From the NCBI RefSeq assembly GCF_000195955.2, contig NC_000962.3:2370001-2402000 (forward strand): DNA of 32,000 nt, written 5' to 3'. This DNA comes from Mycobacterium tuberculosis H37Rv (lineage in GTDB: Bacteria > Actinomycetota > Actinomycetes > Mycobacteriales > Mycobacteriaceae). Both the position numbers and the translations under genes were made by a program. Below are positions 1 to 11,020 of the stretch, one piece after another (the first letter of the stretch is position 1; each line of letters starts with the position of its first letter). Below the pieces are notes generated by a model. The model worked only from the letters and a program-made list of their open reading frames with translations, was not told the origin of the DNA and did no database searches.

Positions 1-601
1 GCGAACCCGAGCCCACCGCCTGATAGCCCTCTTCCTCGATGTTCCAACCGCCGGCGGCGTCGAACGAAACGATACGACCCGCGCTCTGCGGGTCAGACGC
101 ATGAATGTCGTAGCCCGCCAGCAACGGCAACGCCAGCAGACCCTGCATCGCGGCCGCCAGATTGCCACGCACCATAATCGCCAGCCGGTTGATTTTGCCG
201 GCAAACGTCAGCGGCACACCCTCGAGCTTCTCGTAGTGCTCAAGTTCCACGGCATACAGCCGGGCAAACTCAACCGCGACCGCAGCCGTGCCAGCGATGC
301 CGGTAGCGGTGTAGTCATCGGTGATATACACCTTGCGCACATCACGCCCAGAAATCATGTTGCCCTGCGTCGAACGCCGGTCACCCGCCATGACAACACC
401 GCCGGGGTATTTCAGCGCGACAATGGTGGTGCCGTGCGGCAGTTGCGCATCGCCGCCTGCGAGTGGCGCACCGCCGCTGATGCTTGCCGGCAGCAACTCC
501 GGCGCCTGGCGGCGCAGGAAGTCAGTGAAAGAAGATAGGTCTACAGCGGGTGTTCCAGAGAGTGAATTAATGGACAGGCGATCGGGCAACGGCCAGGTCA
601 C
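1..601 (-). CDS. prcB: Proteasome beta subunit, partial (C-terminus runs off the window at position 1)
   Basis: Minus-strand translation from GTG at 601 begins [31 protein letters not shown] and includes the propeptide/catalytic region ([30 protein letters not shown]). It directly follows pup with a 4-nt GTGA stop/start overlap. It is missing from the ORF track because it is truncated at the edge. Confidence 0.96.
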   Translation of the reverse strand, partial: MTWPLPDRLSINSLSGTPAVDLSSFTDFLRRQAPELLPASISGGAPLAGGDAQLPHGTTIVALKYPGGVVMAGDRRSTQGNMISGRDVRKVYITDDYTATGIAGTAAVAVEFARLYAVELEHYEKLEGVPLTFAGKINRLAIMVRGNLAAAMQGLLALPLLAGYDIHASDPQSAGRIVSFDAAGGWNIEEEGYQAVGSGS

Positions 602-792
602 TGTCCGCCCTTTTGGACGTATGCGCGGACGAAGTCCTCGGCGTTCTCCTCGAGGACGTCGTCGATTTCGTCGAGCAGATCGTCGGTCTCCTCGGTCAGC
701 TTTTCGCGACGCTCCTGGCCCGCGGCGGTGCTGCCGGCGATGTCGTCATCATCGCCGCCGCCACCGCCACGCTTGGTCTGCTCTTGCGCCAT
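598..792 (-). CDS. pup: Prokaryotic ubiquitin-like protein Pup, 64 aa, C-terminal GGQ
   Basis: [64 protein letters not shown]. The tracked ORF starts 7 codons upstream (813), but the MAQEQ start is the family start. Confidence 0.98.
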   Translation of the reverse strand: MAQEQTKRGGGGGDDDDIAGSTAAGQERREKLTEETDDLLDEIDDVLEENAEDFVRAYVQKGGQ

Positions 793-904
793 CGCCGCCT
801 CCTGCTTCCTCATGGCCTTTCAAAAGGCCGCGGGTGCGCGTCACACGCCCGCTGTCTTTCTCTACCCTACCGGTCAACACCAACGTTTCCCGGCCTAACC
901 AGGC

Positions 905-2422
905 TTAGCGAGGCTCAGCGGTCAGTTGCTCTACCAGCTCCACGGCACTGTCCACCGAATCCAGCAACGCACCAACATGCGCCTTACTACCCCGCAACGG
1001 CTCCAGCGTCGGGATGCGAACCAGCGAGTCGCCGCCCAGGTCGAAGATCACCGAGTCCCAGCTAGCCGCGGCGATATCAGCCCCGAACCGGCGCAGGCAT
1101 TCGCCGCGGAAATACGCGCGGGTGTCGGTCGGCGGGTTCTCCACCGCACTCAGCACCTGGTGTTCGGTGACTAAACGCTTCATCGAGCCGCGCGCGACCA
1201 GCCGGTTGTACAGGCCCTTGTCCAGCCGGACATCGGAGTACTGCAGGTCGACGAGGTGCAGCCGGGGCGCCGACCAGCTCAGGTTCTCCCGCTGCCGGAA
1301 ACCGTCGAGCAGCCGCAGTTTGGCCGGCCAGTCCAGCAGCTCCGCGCAATCCATCGGGTCACGCTCGAGCTGATCCAGCACGTGTGCCCAGGTTTCCACG
1401 ATGTCGGCCGCCCGCGGGTCCGGGTCGCGGCTATCCACCAACTTAGCCACTCGGTCCAGGTAGATCCGTTGCAGCGCAAGACCGGTCAGTTCCCGGCCGT
1501 CGGCCAGCGCAACGGTCGCTCGCAGCGACGGATCGCGGGAGATTGCGTGCACCGCATGTACCGGGCGGGCCAGCGCCAGGTCGGTCAGATCTATTGCGTG
1601 GGCTGGTCCTTCTTCGATCAGGTCGAGCACCAGCGCCGTGGTACCCAACTTCAGATAGGTCGACGTCTCGGCAAGGTTGGCGTCGCCGATGATGACGTGC
1701 AGCCGGCGGTACCTGTCGGCGTCGGCGTGCGGTTCGTCGCGGGTGTTGATGATGCCGCGCTTGAGCGTTGTTTCCAGCCCTACCTCGACCTCGATGTAGT
1801 CCGAACGCTGGGATAGCTGGAAGCCGGGCTCATCACCCGAGGGCCCGATGCCGACCCGGCCCGAGCCGGTCACCACCTGCCGGGATACCAGAAAGGGGGT
1901 CAGCCCGGTGATGATCGCCGAGAACGGTGTCTGCCGCGACATCAGGTAGTTCTCGTGCGACCCGTAGGAGGCTCCCTTGCCGTCGACGTTGTTCTTGTAC
2001 AGCTGCAGTTTCGCGGCCCCGGGCACGCTGGCGACATGGCGGGCAGCGGCCTCCATCACGCGTTCGCCCGCCTTGTCCCAGATCACTGCGTCCAGCGGGT
2101 CGGTGCATTCGGGCGCGGAGTATTCCGGGTGCGCGTGGTCGACATACAGCCGCGCCCCGTTGGTCAGGATCATGTTGGCCGCGCCGACCTCGTCGGCGTC
2201 GACCACCGGCGGCGGCCCGGCCGAGCGACTCAAATCGAAGCCCCGGGCGTCGCGCAGCGGCGATTCCACCTCGTAGTCCCAACGGGTGCGTTTGGCACGC
2301 TGAATGCCGGCGGCGGCGGCGTATGCCAGCACCGCCTGCGTCGAGGTGAGGATCGGGTTGGCGGTCGGGTCCGACGGCGAGGAAATGCCGTACTCGACCT
2401 CCGTTCCGATAATCCGCTGCAT
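905..2422 (-). CDS. dop: Deamidase/depupylase of Pup (Dop), about 505 aa
   Basis: The Pup ligase/deamidase family N-terminus [25 protein letters not shown] starts at ATG 2422. The longer tracked ORF to 2569 adds only a translated tandem repeat. Confidence 0.96.
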   Translation of the reverse strand: MQRIIGTEVEYGISSPSDPTANPILTSTQAVLAYAAAAGIQRAKRTRWDYEVESPLRDARGFDLSRSAGPPPVVDADEVGAANMILTNGARLYVDHAHPEYSAPECTDPLDAVIWDKAGERVMEAAARHVASVPGAAKLQLYKNNVDGKGASYGSHENYLMSRQTPFSAIITGLTPFLVSRQVVTGSGRVGIGPSGDEPGFQLSQRSDYIEVEVGLETTLKRGIINTRDEPHADADRYRRLHVIIGDANLAETSTYLKLGTTALVLDLIEEGPAHAIDLTDLALARPVHAVHAISRDPSLRATVALADGRELTGLALQRIYLDRVAKLVDSRDPDPRAADIVETWAHVLDQLERDPMDCAELLDWPAKLRLLDGFRQRENLSWSAPRLHLVDLQYSDVRLDKGLYNRLVARGSMKRLVTEHQVLSAVENPPTDTRAYFRGECLRRFGADIAAASWDSVIFDLGGDSLVRIPTLEPLRGSKAHVGALLDSVDSAVELVEQLTAEPR

Positions 2423-2436
2423 GCCGTAGAGCCTAG

Positions 2437-2560
2437 GCCCGCCGACGATGCGGGCCGCGCAGCGGGCCGCTGAGGAGGCGGGCATCAAGCAACGCCCGCC
2501 GACGATGCGGGCCGCGCAGCGGGCCGCTGAGGAGGCGGGCATCAAGCAAGGCCCGCCGAC
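2437..2560. repeat. Minisatellite: two full 57-bp units (2437-2493, 2494-2550) plus a 10-bp partial third, then a more degenerate copy at about 2573-2612
   Basis: The unit gcccgccgacgatgcgggccgcgcagcgggccgctgaggaggcgggcatcaagcaa(c/g) occurs in tandem and the two copies are identical except for the last base. Position is consistent with the VNTR known as 2372. Confidence 0.95.
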
Positions 2561-2629
2561 CCAGAACATCGGAGCGGGCCGCGCAGGAGGTGGACAATCA
2601 AGCAGGGCCCGGCGCTAGGGTAGGCCGGC

Positions 2630-3823
2630 ATGAGCCTTTCCGTCCGTCGCCCCCCGGCGGCCCGAGCAGCGGCCATTGTGGAGGCTGAAAGCTGGTTCTT
2701 GAAGCGTGGTCTGCCCTCGGTGCTGACCATGCGGGGCCGGTGCCGTCGGCTGTGGCCGCGGTCGGCTCCGATGTTGGCCGCCTGGGCGGTGGTCGAGGGC
2801 TGCCTCATGGCCGTCTTCTTCGTCACCGACGGCGGCGAAGTCTTCATCAGCGCGACGCCGACGACAGCGCAATGGGTGATCCTGGCGCTGCTCGCGGTTG
2901 CTCTTCCGCTGGCCTCCCTCGTCGGCTGGTTGGTGTCGCAGATATCAAGCGGGCGTGGCCAAGCGGCGGTGGCGACCATGGCGGTGGCCTTCGCGGCCGC
3001 ATCCGACGTCATCGAATCCGGCCCGATCCAGCTGTTGCGGACCGCCGTCGTGGTGGGCCTGGTGCTGCTGCAGACCGGCTGCGGCGTCGGGTCGGTGCTT
3101 GGCTGGGCGGTGCGGATGACGCTGGAGCACCTTGCGACGGTCGGCACGCTGGCGGTCCGGGCCCTGCCGATCGTGCTACTGACGGCATTGGTGTTCTTCA
3201 ACACCTATGTCTGGCTGATGGCCGCCAACATCAACGGCGAGCGGCTGACGCTGGCGATGGTTTTTCTGCTCGCCATCGCCGGGGCGTTCGTCGTGTCCAA
3301 GACGGTGGAACGGGTGCGTCCGCTGCTTCGCTCAACGACGGTGATGCCCCAAGGCAGCCAAAGCCTGGCCGGCACACCCTTCGCGACCATGGGCGACCCC
3401 TCTCCCGGCTTCCCCCTCACCCGGGCCGAACGCCTCAACGTGGTCTTCCTGCTGGCGGCCTCGCAACTCGTCGAGATCCTGGTAGTGGCGTCGGTCGGCG
3501 CCGCGATATACCTCGTTCTGGGCATGATCATTCTCACTCCGCCGCTGCTTCGGGAATGGACGCACTACGATTCGATGACCACGACGGTGCTCGGCATGAC
3601 GTTCCCGGCGCCGGATTCGCTCATCCGTATGTGTCTTTTCCTGGGCGCGCTGACGTTCATGTACATCAGCGCCCGCGCGGTCGACGACGCCGAGTACCGC
3701 GCGATGTTCCTCGACCCTCTGATCGACGACCTGCACACCGCGCTGCTCGCGCGCAACCGCTACCGCAACAACGTGGTGACCGCGCCGTGCGCCGGTGTTG
3801 ACGCCGGTCACGTCGATGACTAG
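2630..3823 (+). CDS. Probable integral membrane protein, 397 aa
   Basis: Full-length ORF with multiple long hydrophobic segments (VILALLAVALPLASLVGWLV, LLTALVFFNTYVWLMA, LAMVFLLAIAGAFVV). Corresponds to Rv2113. Confidence 0.88.
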   Translation: MSLSVRRPPAARAAAIVEAESWFLKRGLPSVLTMRGRCRRLWPRSAPMLAAWAVVEGCLMAVFFVTDGGEVFISATPTTAQWVILALLAVALPLASLVGWLVSQISSGRGQAAVATMAVAFAAASDVIESGPIQLLRTAVVVGLVLLQTGCGVGSVLGWAVRMTLEHLATVGTLAVRALPIVLLTALVFFNTYVWLMAANINGERLTLAMVFLLAIAGAFVVSKTVERVRPLLRSTTVMPQGSQSLAGTPFATMGDPSPGFPLTRAERLNVVFLLAASQLVEILVVASVGAAIYLVLGMIILTPPLLREWTHYDSMTTTVLGMTFPAPDSLIRMCLFLGALTFMYISARAVDDAEYRAMFLDPLIDDLHTALLARNRYRNNVVTAPCAGVDAGHVDD

Positions 3824-4457
3824 GTTCACCCTGATGTCGGCTCCCGAACGGGTAACCGGCTTGTCCGGGCAACGTTACGGGGAAGTCCTTCTCGTAACAC
3901 CCGGGGAGGCCGGTCCACAGGCCACCGTTTACAACAGCTTCCCGCTTAACGATTGTCCGGCCGAGCTGTGGTCCGCGCTCGATCCGCAAGCCCTAGCCAC
4001 CGAACACAAAGCGGCCACCGCCCTGCTCAACGGTCCGCGCTATTGGTTGATGAACGCCATCGAGAAGGCGCCCCAGGGCCCGCCGGTGACGAAGACCTTC
4101 GGCGGGATCGAGATGCTCCAGCAGGCCACGGTGCTGCTGTCATCGATGAACCCTGCCCCATACACCGTCAGCCAGGTCAGCCGCAACACGGTCTTTGTGT
4201 TCAACGCCGGCGAAGAGGTCTACGAACTGCAGGACCCCAAGGGACAGCGCTGGGTGATGCAGACGTGGAGTCAAGTGGTGGACCCCAACCTGTCCCGAGC
4301 CGACCTGCCCAAGCTGGGTGAACGGCTCAACCTGCCAGCCGGGTGGTCCTATCATACCCGCGTGCTTACCAGCGAGTTGCGGGTCGACACTACCAACCGG
4401 GAGGCCCGCGTCCTGCAAGACGACCTCACCAACAGCTACTCGCTGGTGACCGCCTGA
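3816..4457 (+). CDS. Conserved hypothetical protein, about 207-213 aa
   Basis: MTRFTLMSAPERVTGLSGQRYGEVLLVTPGEAGPQATVYNSFPLND... The start is either 3816 or 3834. It overlaps the 3' end of the previous ORF if 3816 is used. Corresponds to Rv2114. Confidence 0.85.
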   Translation: MTRFTLMSAPERVTGLSGQRYGEVLLVTPGEAGPQATVYNSFPLNDCPAELWSALDPQALATEHKAATALLNGPRYWLMNAIEKAPQGPPVTKTFGGIEMLQQATVLLSSMNPAPYTVSQVSRNTVFVFNAGEEVYELQDPKGQRWVMQTWSQVVDPNLSRADLPKLGERLNLPAGWSYHTRVLTSELRVDTTNREARVLQDDLTNSYSLVTA

Positions 4458-4460
4458 GCC

Positions 4461-6290
4461 CTACAGGTACTGGCCGAGGTTGGACTCGGTATCAATAGCC
4501 CTGCTGGCCGACGAACTCTTTCCGGTGACCAGGGTGCGGATGTAGACGATCCGCTCCCCCTTCTTGCCCGAGATCCGCGCCCAGTCATCGGGGTTGGTGG
4601 TGTTGGGCAAATCCTCGTTCTCGGCGAACTCGTCGACGATCGAATCGAGCAGATGCTGTATACGCAGTCCCGGTTGGCCGGTCTCCAGCACCGATTTGAT
4701 GGCGTTCTTCTTGGCTCGGTCGACGACGTTCTGGATCATCGCCCCGGAGTTGAAGTCCTTGAAGTACATGACTTCCTTGTCGCCGTTGGCATAGGTGACC
4801 TCCAGGAACCGGTTGTCGTCGATCTCGGCATACATCCGGTCGACAACCTTCTCGATCATCGCCTTGATGCAGGCCGAACGGTCACCGTCGAACTCGGCGA
4901 GATCGTCGGCGTGCACCGGCAAGAACTCGGTCAGGTACTTCGAGTAGATGTCCTGCGCCGCTTCGGCATCAGGCCGCTCGATCTTGATCTTCACGTCGAG
5001 GCGCCCGGGCCGCAGGATGGCAGGGTCGATCATGTCCTCTCGGTTGGAGGCGCCGATCACGATGACATTCTCGAGTCCCTCCACCCCGTCGATCTCGCTG
5101 AGCAGCTGCGGGACCACCGTGGTCTCGACGTCCGAGGAAACGCCGGTGCCACGGGTGCGAAAGATCGAGTCCATCTCGTCGAAAAACACGATCACCGGAG
5201 TGCCTTCCGACGCCTTCTCGCGGGCCCGTTGGAAGATCAGCCGGATGTGGCGTTCCGTTTCCCCGACGAATTTGTTCAGCAGCTCGGGGCCCTTGATGTT
5301 GAGGAAGTACGACTTCGCCTCGTGGGCATCGTCGCCGCGGACCTCGGCCATTTTCTTGGCCAACGAGTTGGCCACAGCCTTGGCGATCAACGTCTTACCA
5401 CAGCCGGGTGGGCCATAGAGCAACACACCCTTGGGCGGGCGCAGCGAGTACTCCCGGTACAACTCCTTGTGCAGGAACGGCAGCTCCACGGCGTCGCGGA
5501 TCTGCTCGATCTGGCGGCTCAGACCGCCGATGTCGGCGTAGCTGACGTCCGGCACCTCTTCCAGCACCAGGTCTTCTACCTCGGCTTTGGGGATGCGTTC
5601 GAAGGCATAGCCGGCTTTGGTGTCGACCAGCAGCGAGTCGCCGGGGCGCAGCTTGCGCGGCCGGGTGTCATCGTTGAGGGCCTCAGGGAGGCCGTCTGGC
5701 AGGTCCTCGGCGATCAGGGGATCAGCCAGCCAAACAACGCGTTCCTCGTCGGCGTGGCCGACGACCAGAGCCCGATGACCGTCGGCCAGGATCTCGCGCA
5801 AGGTGGATATCTCGCCGACCGCCTCGAATGTGCCGGCCTCCACGACGGTCAGGGCCTCGTTGAGCCGGACCGTCTGCCCCTTCTTCAGCGATGCAGCGTC
5901 AATATTCGGTGAGCACGTCAGGCGCATCTTGCGACCCGATGTGAACACATCGACCGTGTCGTCGTCGTGCGTGGCCAGCAGGACGCCGTAGCCACTGGGC
6001 GGCTGCCCCAGCCGGTCAACTTCCTCGCGCAGCGCCAGCAGTTGTTGACGGGCTTCTTTAAGAGTTTCCATTAATTTGGAATTGCGGGCAGCAAGTGAGT
6101 CGATACGGGCTTCGAGTTGATGTATATCGCGGGCAGAGCGCGTCGGGGCATGTGATCCGACGGCGTTCTCAAGTTGCTCGCGCAGGACCGCAGCCTCGCG
6201 CCGCAGCTGTTCTAATTCGGCGGCATCACCACTGGACAGCGGGCTATCCCGGGGGATGCCGAATGCCTCAGAACGCTCTGACTCACCCAT
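4461..6290 (-). CDS. mpa: Mycobacterial proteasome ATPase Mpa/ARC (AAA+), 609 aa
   Basis: N-terminal coiled coil, OB domain, Walker [12 protein letters not shown], Walker [11 protein letters not shown], and the C-terminal QYL proteasome-docking tail. Confidence 0.97.
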
Positions 6291-6455
6291 GTTGCGCTCC
6301 TTTCCCACGCCAGGAATCGCGCGGCGGATACTCCAACGCTACCGGCGATCGGCGCTTCATGTTGGCAGTCGAATGCCGATGGAAAGTAACAACTTGTATC
6401 GCTGGTAATCTCGGCCCCGAATCCAGCCGATCAAACGGACCTTGAGAGGAGCACT

Positions 6456-6554
6456 GTGACCGCGAAATCCCTAGCCACAGGCGTAGTGGGCGACGCGGCG
6501 ATCAGTGCGGCGGCCGCCGCCGAGACTTCTGCTGCATTCGCAAGCGGCCGGTAG
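6456..6554 (+). CDS. Possible small ORF, 32 aa, signal-peptide-like ([32 protein letters not shown])
   Basis: GTG start preceded by a purine-rich GAGAGGAG Shine-Dalgarno-like sequence. TAG stop 17 nt before lppK. Confidence 0.4.
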
Positions 6555-6570
6555 CCGAGCGTGTCGCTGG

Positions 6571-7140
6571 ATGCGCCGAAACATCCGTGTAACCCTGGGC
6601 GCCGCCACCATCGTGGCGGCGTTAGGGCTCTCCGGGTGTTCACACCCTGAGTTCAAGCGTTCGTCGCCGCCTGCCCCGTCACTGCCGCCCGTCACGTCGA
6701 GCCCGCTCGAGGCCGCGCCGATCACGCCCCTGCCCGCACCCGAAGCCCTGATCGATGTGCTGTCCCGGCTCGCCGACCCGGCCGTGCCGGGCACCAACAA
6801 GGTGCAGCTCATCGAGGGCGCGACCCCCGAAAACGCCGCTGCCCTGGACAGGTTCACCACCGCACTGCGTGACGGGAGCTACTTGCCCATGACCTTCGCG
6901 GCCAACGACATCGCATGGTCGGACAACAAGCCGTCCGACGTGATGGCCACCGTCGTCGTCACCACTGCCCATCCGGACAACCGCGAGTTCACGTTTCCCA
7001 TGGAATTCGTGTCCTTCAAGGGCGGCTGGCAATTGTCTAGGCAGACCGCGGAAATGCTGCTGGCCATGGGTAACTCACCGGATTCGACTCCGTCGGCTAC
7101 CAGCCCGGCGCCGGCCCCATCACCGACTCCCCCTGGCTGA
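6571..7140 (+). CDS. lppK: Lipoprotein LppK, 189 aa
   Basis: Lipobox signal sequence [23 protein letters not shown], with a C-terminal [23 protein letters not shown] motif of the MTB12/CFP-2-like family. Confidence 0.92.
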
Positions 7141-7147
7141 GCTCCCG

Positions 7148-7441
7148 ATGTGGATTGGCTGGCTGGAATTCGACGTGCTGCTGGGCGACGTGCGCTCACT
7201 CAAGCAGAAGCGGTCGGTGACCCGCCCCCTGGTCGCCGAGTTGCAGCGCAAATTCAGCGTGTCGGCCGCCGAGACCGGTTCGCATGATCTGTACCGGCGG
7301 GCGGGCATCGGTGTGGCCGTGGTGTCCGGTGACCGCAGCCACGCCGTCGATGTCCTCGACAACGCCGAACGTCTGGTAGCCGCACATCCGGAGTTCGAGT
7401 TGCTGTCCGTGCGCCGGGGCCTGCACCGCACTGACGACTAA
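7148..7441 (+). CDS. DUF503-family protein, 97 aa
   Basis: MWIGWLEFDVLLGDVRSLKQKRSVTRPLVAELQRKFSVSAAE... matches the DUF503 N-terminal pattern. Corresponds to Rv2117. Confidence 0.88.
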   Translation: MWIGWLEFDVLLGDVRSLKQKRSVTRPLVAELQRKFSVSAAETGSHDLYRRAGIGVAVVSGDRSHAVDVLDNAERLVAAHPEFELLSVRRGLHRTDD

Positions 7442-7469
7442 GTGGACTGGCTCCCAGCTGTGTCTCCCG

Positions 7470-8372
<903 letters not shown>

Positions 8373-8385
8373 CTAAGCTGCGGAC

Positions 8386-9222
8386 ATGGCCGACCAGCCG
8401 GACCCGCCCACACCACGGCCGGCGTTATCACCGTCACGGGCGACGGACTTCAAGCAATGCCCGCTGCTATACCGGTTTCGCGCGATCGACCGGCTACCCG
8501 AGGCGACGTCGGCGGCGCAGTTACGGGGTTCGGTGGTGCACGCCGCGCTTGAGCAGCTCTATGGGCTACCCGCGGGGCTGCGCAGCCCGGATACTGCGAG
8601 GTCACTGGTGCAGCGCGCTTGGGACCAGATGGTCGCCGCGGAGCCCGAACTGGCCGGCGAACTGGACCCCGGACAACCAACCCAGCTGCTGGAGGACGCC
8701 CGCGCGTTGGTGTCCGGCTACTACCGGCTGGAAGACCCGACTCGGTTCGACCCGCAATGCTGCGAACAGCGGGTGGAGGTCGAACTGGCCGACGGAACTC
8801 TGTTGCGCGGCTACATCGACCGCATTGACGTCGCCGCCACCGGCGAGCTGCGGGTGGTCGACTACAAGACTGGCAAGGCGCCGCCGGCGGCGCGGGCGTT
8901 GGCGGAGTTTAAGGCGATGTTTCAGATGAAGTTCTACGCGGTGGCGCTATTTCGGTCGCGCGGCGTGCCGCCCACCCGGCTGCGGCTCATCTATCTGGCC
9001 GACGGCCAGCTGCTCGACTATTCACCGGACCGCGACGAGCTATTGCGTTTCGAAAAGACGTTGATGGCGATTTGGCGTGCTATCCAATCCGCAGGCGAGA
9101 CAGGCGATTTCCGCCCCAACCCATCGCGGCTCTGCGATTGGTGCCCGCATCAACAGCGCTGCCCGGCCTTCGGCGGAACACCACCGCCCTATCCAGGGTG
9201 GCCCACCGAGCCGGCGGCATAA
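8386..9222 (+). CDS. RecB/Cas4-like PD-(D/E)XK nuclease with a predicted Fe-S cysteine cluster, 278 aa
   Basis: Motif VVDYKTGKAPP, upstream FKQCPLLYRFRAIDRLP and C-terminal LCDWCPHQQRCPAF. Corresponds to Rv2119. Confidence 0.9.
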   Translation: MADQPDPPTPRPALSPSRATDFKQCPLLYRFRAIDRLPEATSAAQLRGSVVHAALEQLYGLPAGLRSPDTARSLVQRAWDQMVAAEPELAGELDPGQPTQLLEDARALVSGYYRLEDPTRFDPQCCEQRVEVELADGTLLRGYIDRIDVAATGELRVVDYKTGKAPPAARALAEFKAMFQMKFYAVALFRSRGVPPTRLRLIYLADGQLLDYSPDRDELLRFEKTLMAIWRAIQSAGETGDFRPNPSRLCDWCPHQQRCPAFGGTPPPYPGWPTEPAA

Positions 9223-9244
9223 ACGATCGCGTCGAAGTGCGGTG

Positions 9245-9727
9245 TCATAGGGCCGCCGCGGCGGCGACGATGGCAAACCCGCCCAACACCGCGACCGAAT
9301 CCTCGAGCAGCGCGATCGGCAGGTCGTGGCCGCCACGGGCAGCCACCAGCCTCGTACGTGCCTGATAGCCGCCCATGGTGCCGAGCACGGCGCCGATAAC
9401 CCCAGCGCCAAGCCCGCCCCACCGGTAGCCCCACGCGGTGCCGATGACCGCGCCGGCGAACGCGCCCAAAATGATCCGGACAGCGAACACCGGCGTCACG
9501 GTACGCGGCGGTGTTTTGGGACGTTTGTCGTTAACGAGTTCGGCGACCGCAAGAACGCTGACGATCACCACGGTCACGAAATTGCCCATCCAGGATGCCC
9601 AGGTTCCATGCAGGTTGATCCAGCCGAGAAAGGCGGCCCAGGAGACCACGGCCGGGGCCGTCAGGGAACGCAACCCGGCGACGACACCGATAAGCAGCGC
9701 CAGCAGCAGAACAAGGACATGCGTCAC
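9245..9727 (-). CDS. DUF4126-like membrane protein, 160 aa
   Basis: VTHVLVLLLALLIGVVAGLRSLTAPAVVSWAAFLGW... with several transmembrane segments. The tracked ORF extends to 9760. Corresponds to Rv2120c. Confidence 0.85.
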   Translation of the reverse strand: MTHVLVLLLALLIGVVAGLRSLTAPAVVSWAAFLGWINLHGTWASWMGNFVTVVIVSVLAVAELVNDKRPKTPPRTVTPVFAVRIILGAFAGAVIGTAWGYRWGGLGAGVIGAVLGTMGGYQARTRLVAARGGHDLPIALLEDSVAVLGGFAIVAAAAAL

Positions 9728-9805
9728 AGCGATCCCTCCTGACACAGACGTTATGGGCAATCAGGCCCCAGCGGACGCTAACACAGCGTGGGCCCCGCCA
9801 CAGGA

Positions 9806-10660
9806 TCAGAATCGGCAGAACCTGATGTCCGACGCCAGAATCGCTTTGGCCCCGATCGCAGCGAGCTCATCCATGATGCCGTTGACGTCCCGGCGCGGCA
9901 CCAGGGCGCGGATTGCCACCCAGTCCGGGTCGGCCAGCGGGGCGATGGTCGGTGACTCCAGCCCCGGCGTGATCGCCGTGGCCTTCTTCAACGCCGAGCG
10001 CGGGCAATCGTAGTCGAGCATCAGATACTGCTGGCCGAAGACCACCCCCTGCACCCGAGCGACCAGTTGATCGCGCGCCTCGGTCTGGTCTTGGCCGTCC
10101 GTACCGGCCCGCTCGATGAGCACCGCCTCCGAATCGCACAGCGGCTCACCAAAGGCCACCAGGTCGTGCTGGCTCAGCGTGCGACCCGACCCCACCACAT
10201 CGGCGATGGCATCGGCCACCCCGAGCTGCACCGAGATCTCCACGGCACCATCAAGTCTGATGACCGTTGCTTCGATTCCCTTGGTGGCCAGATCTTTCCG
10301 GACCAGATTCGGGTAGGCGGTGGCGATCCGCATCCCGGCTAGGTCGGCAGTCGTCCAGTTCCGCCCGGCGGGAGCGGCATAGCGGAAGCTGGACGACCCG
10401 AAGCCCAGCGCCAGGCGTTCCCGAACCTGTGCACCGGAATCGCACACCAGGTCGCGTCCGGTGATCCCGAAGTCGAGCTCTCCCGAACCGACATATATGG
10501 CAATGTCTTTGGGCCGCAAGAAGAAGAACTCGACGTTGTTGACCGGATCGATGACGGTCAAGTCTTTGGAATCGGTGCGGCGGCGGTAGCCGGCCTCCGC
10601 GAGGATCTCGGTGGCCGGCTCGCTCAGCGCACCCTTGTTGGGAACCGCGACCCGCAGCAT
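9806..10660 (-). CDS. hisG: ATP phosphoribosyltransferase HisG (long form), 284 aa
   Basis: [28 protein letters not shown]... and [12 protein letters not shown]. The tracked ORF upstream of this ATG overlaps hisE. Confidence 0.95.
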
Positions 10661-10662
10661 GC

Positions 10663-10944
10663 TCACAGCTTTCGATAGACGTCGTCGAGGGACAGTCCAC
10701 GGGAGATCATCAGCACCTGCGTCCAGTACAGCAACTGGCTGATCTCCTCCGCCAGTGCGTCGTTGGATTCGTGCTCGGCAGCCAGCCACACCTCGCCGGC
10801 CTCCTCGAGAAGCTTCTTACCCAGAGCATGAACCCCGCCGTCCAATGCCGCCACCGTGGTGCTGTCGGCCGGCCGGGTGCGGGCACGATCGCCGAGTTCG
10901 GCGAACAGATCCTCGAAGGTCTTCACGGCCAGCGATTGTTGCAC
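10663..10944 (-). CDS. hisE: Phosphoribosyl-ATP pyrophosphatase HisE, 93 aa
   Basis: [40 protein letters not shown] signature. Two nt upstream of hisG. Confidence 0.95.
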
Positions 10945-11020
10945 GTGTCAGCCAGCCAAGTCACGGTGGTTTGACGCCACACGTTCGCCACCGCCGCGCC
11001 GCGCATTAGGGCATCCTAAT

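Noticed and set aside
101-908. Long plus-strand ORFs of 145 and 195 aa
   Set aside because: They are antisense to prcB/pup. High GC leaves the opposite frames open; the minus-strand proteins are clearly real.
2437-2560. Possible CRISPR-like direct repeats
   Set aside because: Contiguous 57-bp units with no variable spacers; this is a minisatellite. The same applies to 31784-31927.
2423-2569. Dop N-terminal extension (49 codons)
   Set aside because: It is translation of the 57-bp tandem repeat. The family N-terminus starts at 2422.
4653-5912. 419-aa plus-strand ORF opposite mpa
   Set aside because: Antisense to the AAA+ coding sequence; composition typical of GC-rich shadow ORFs.
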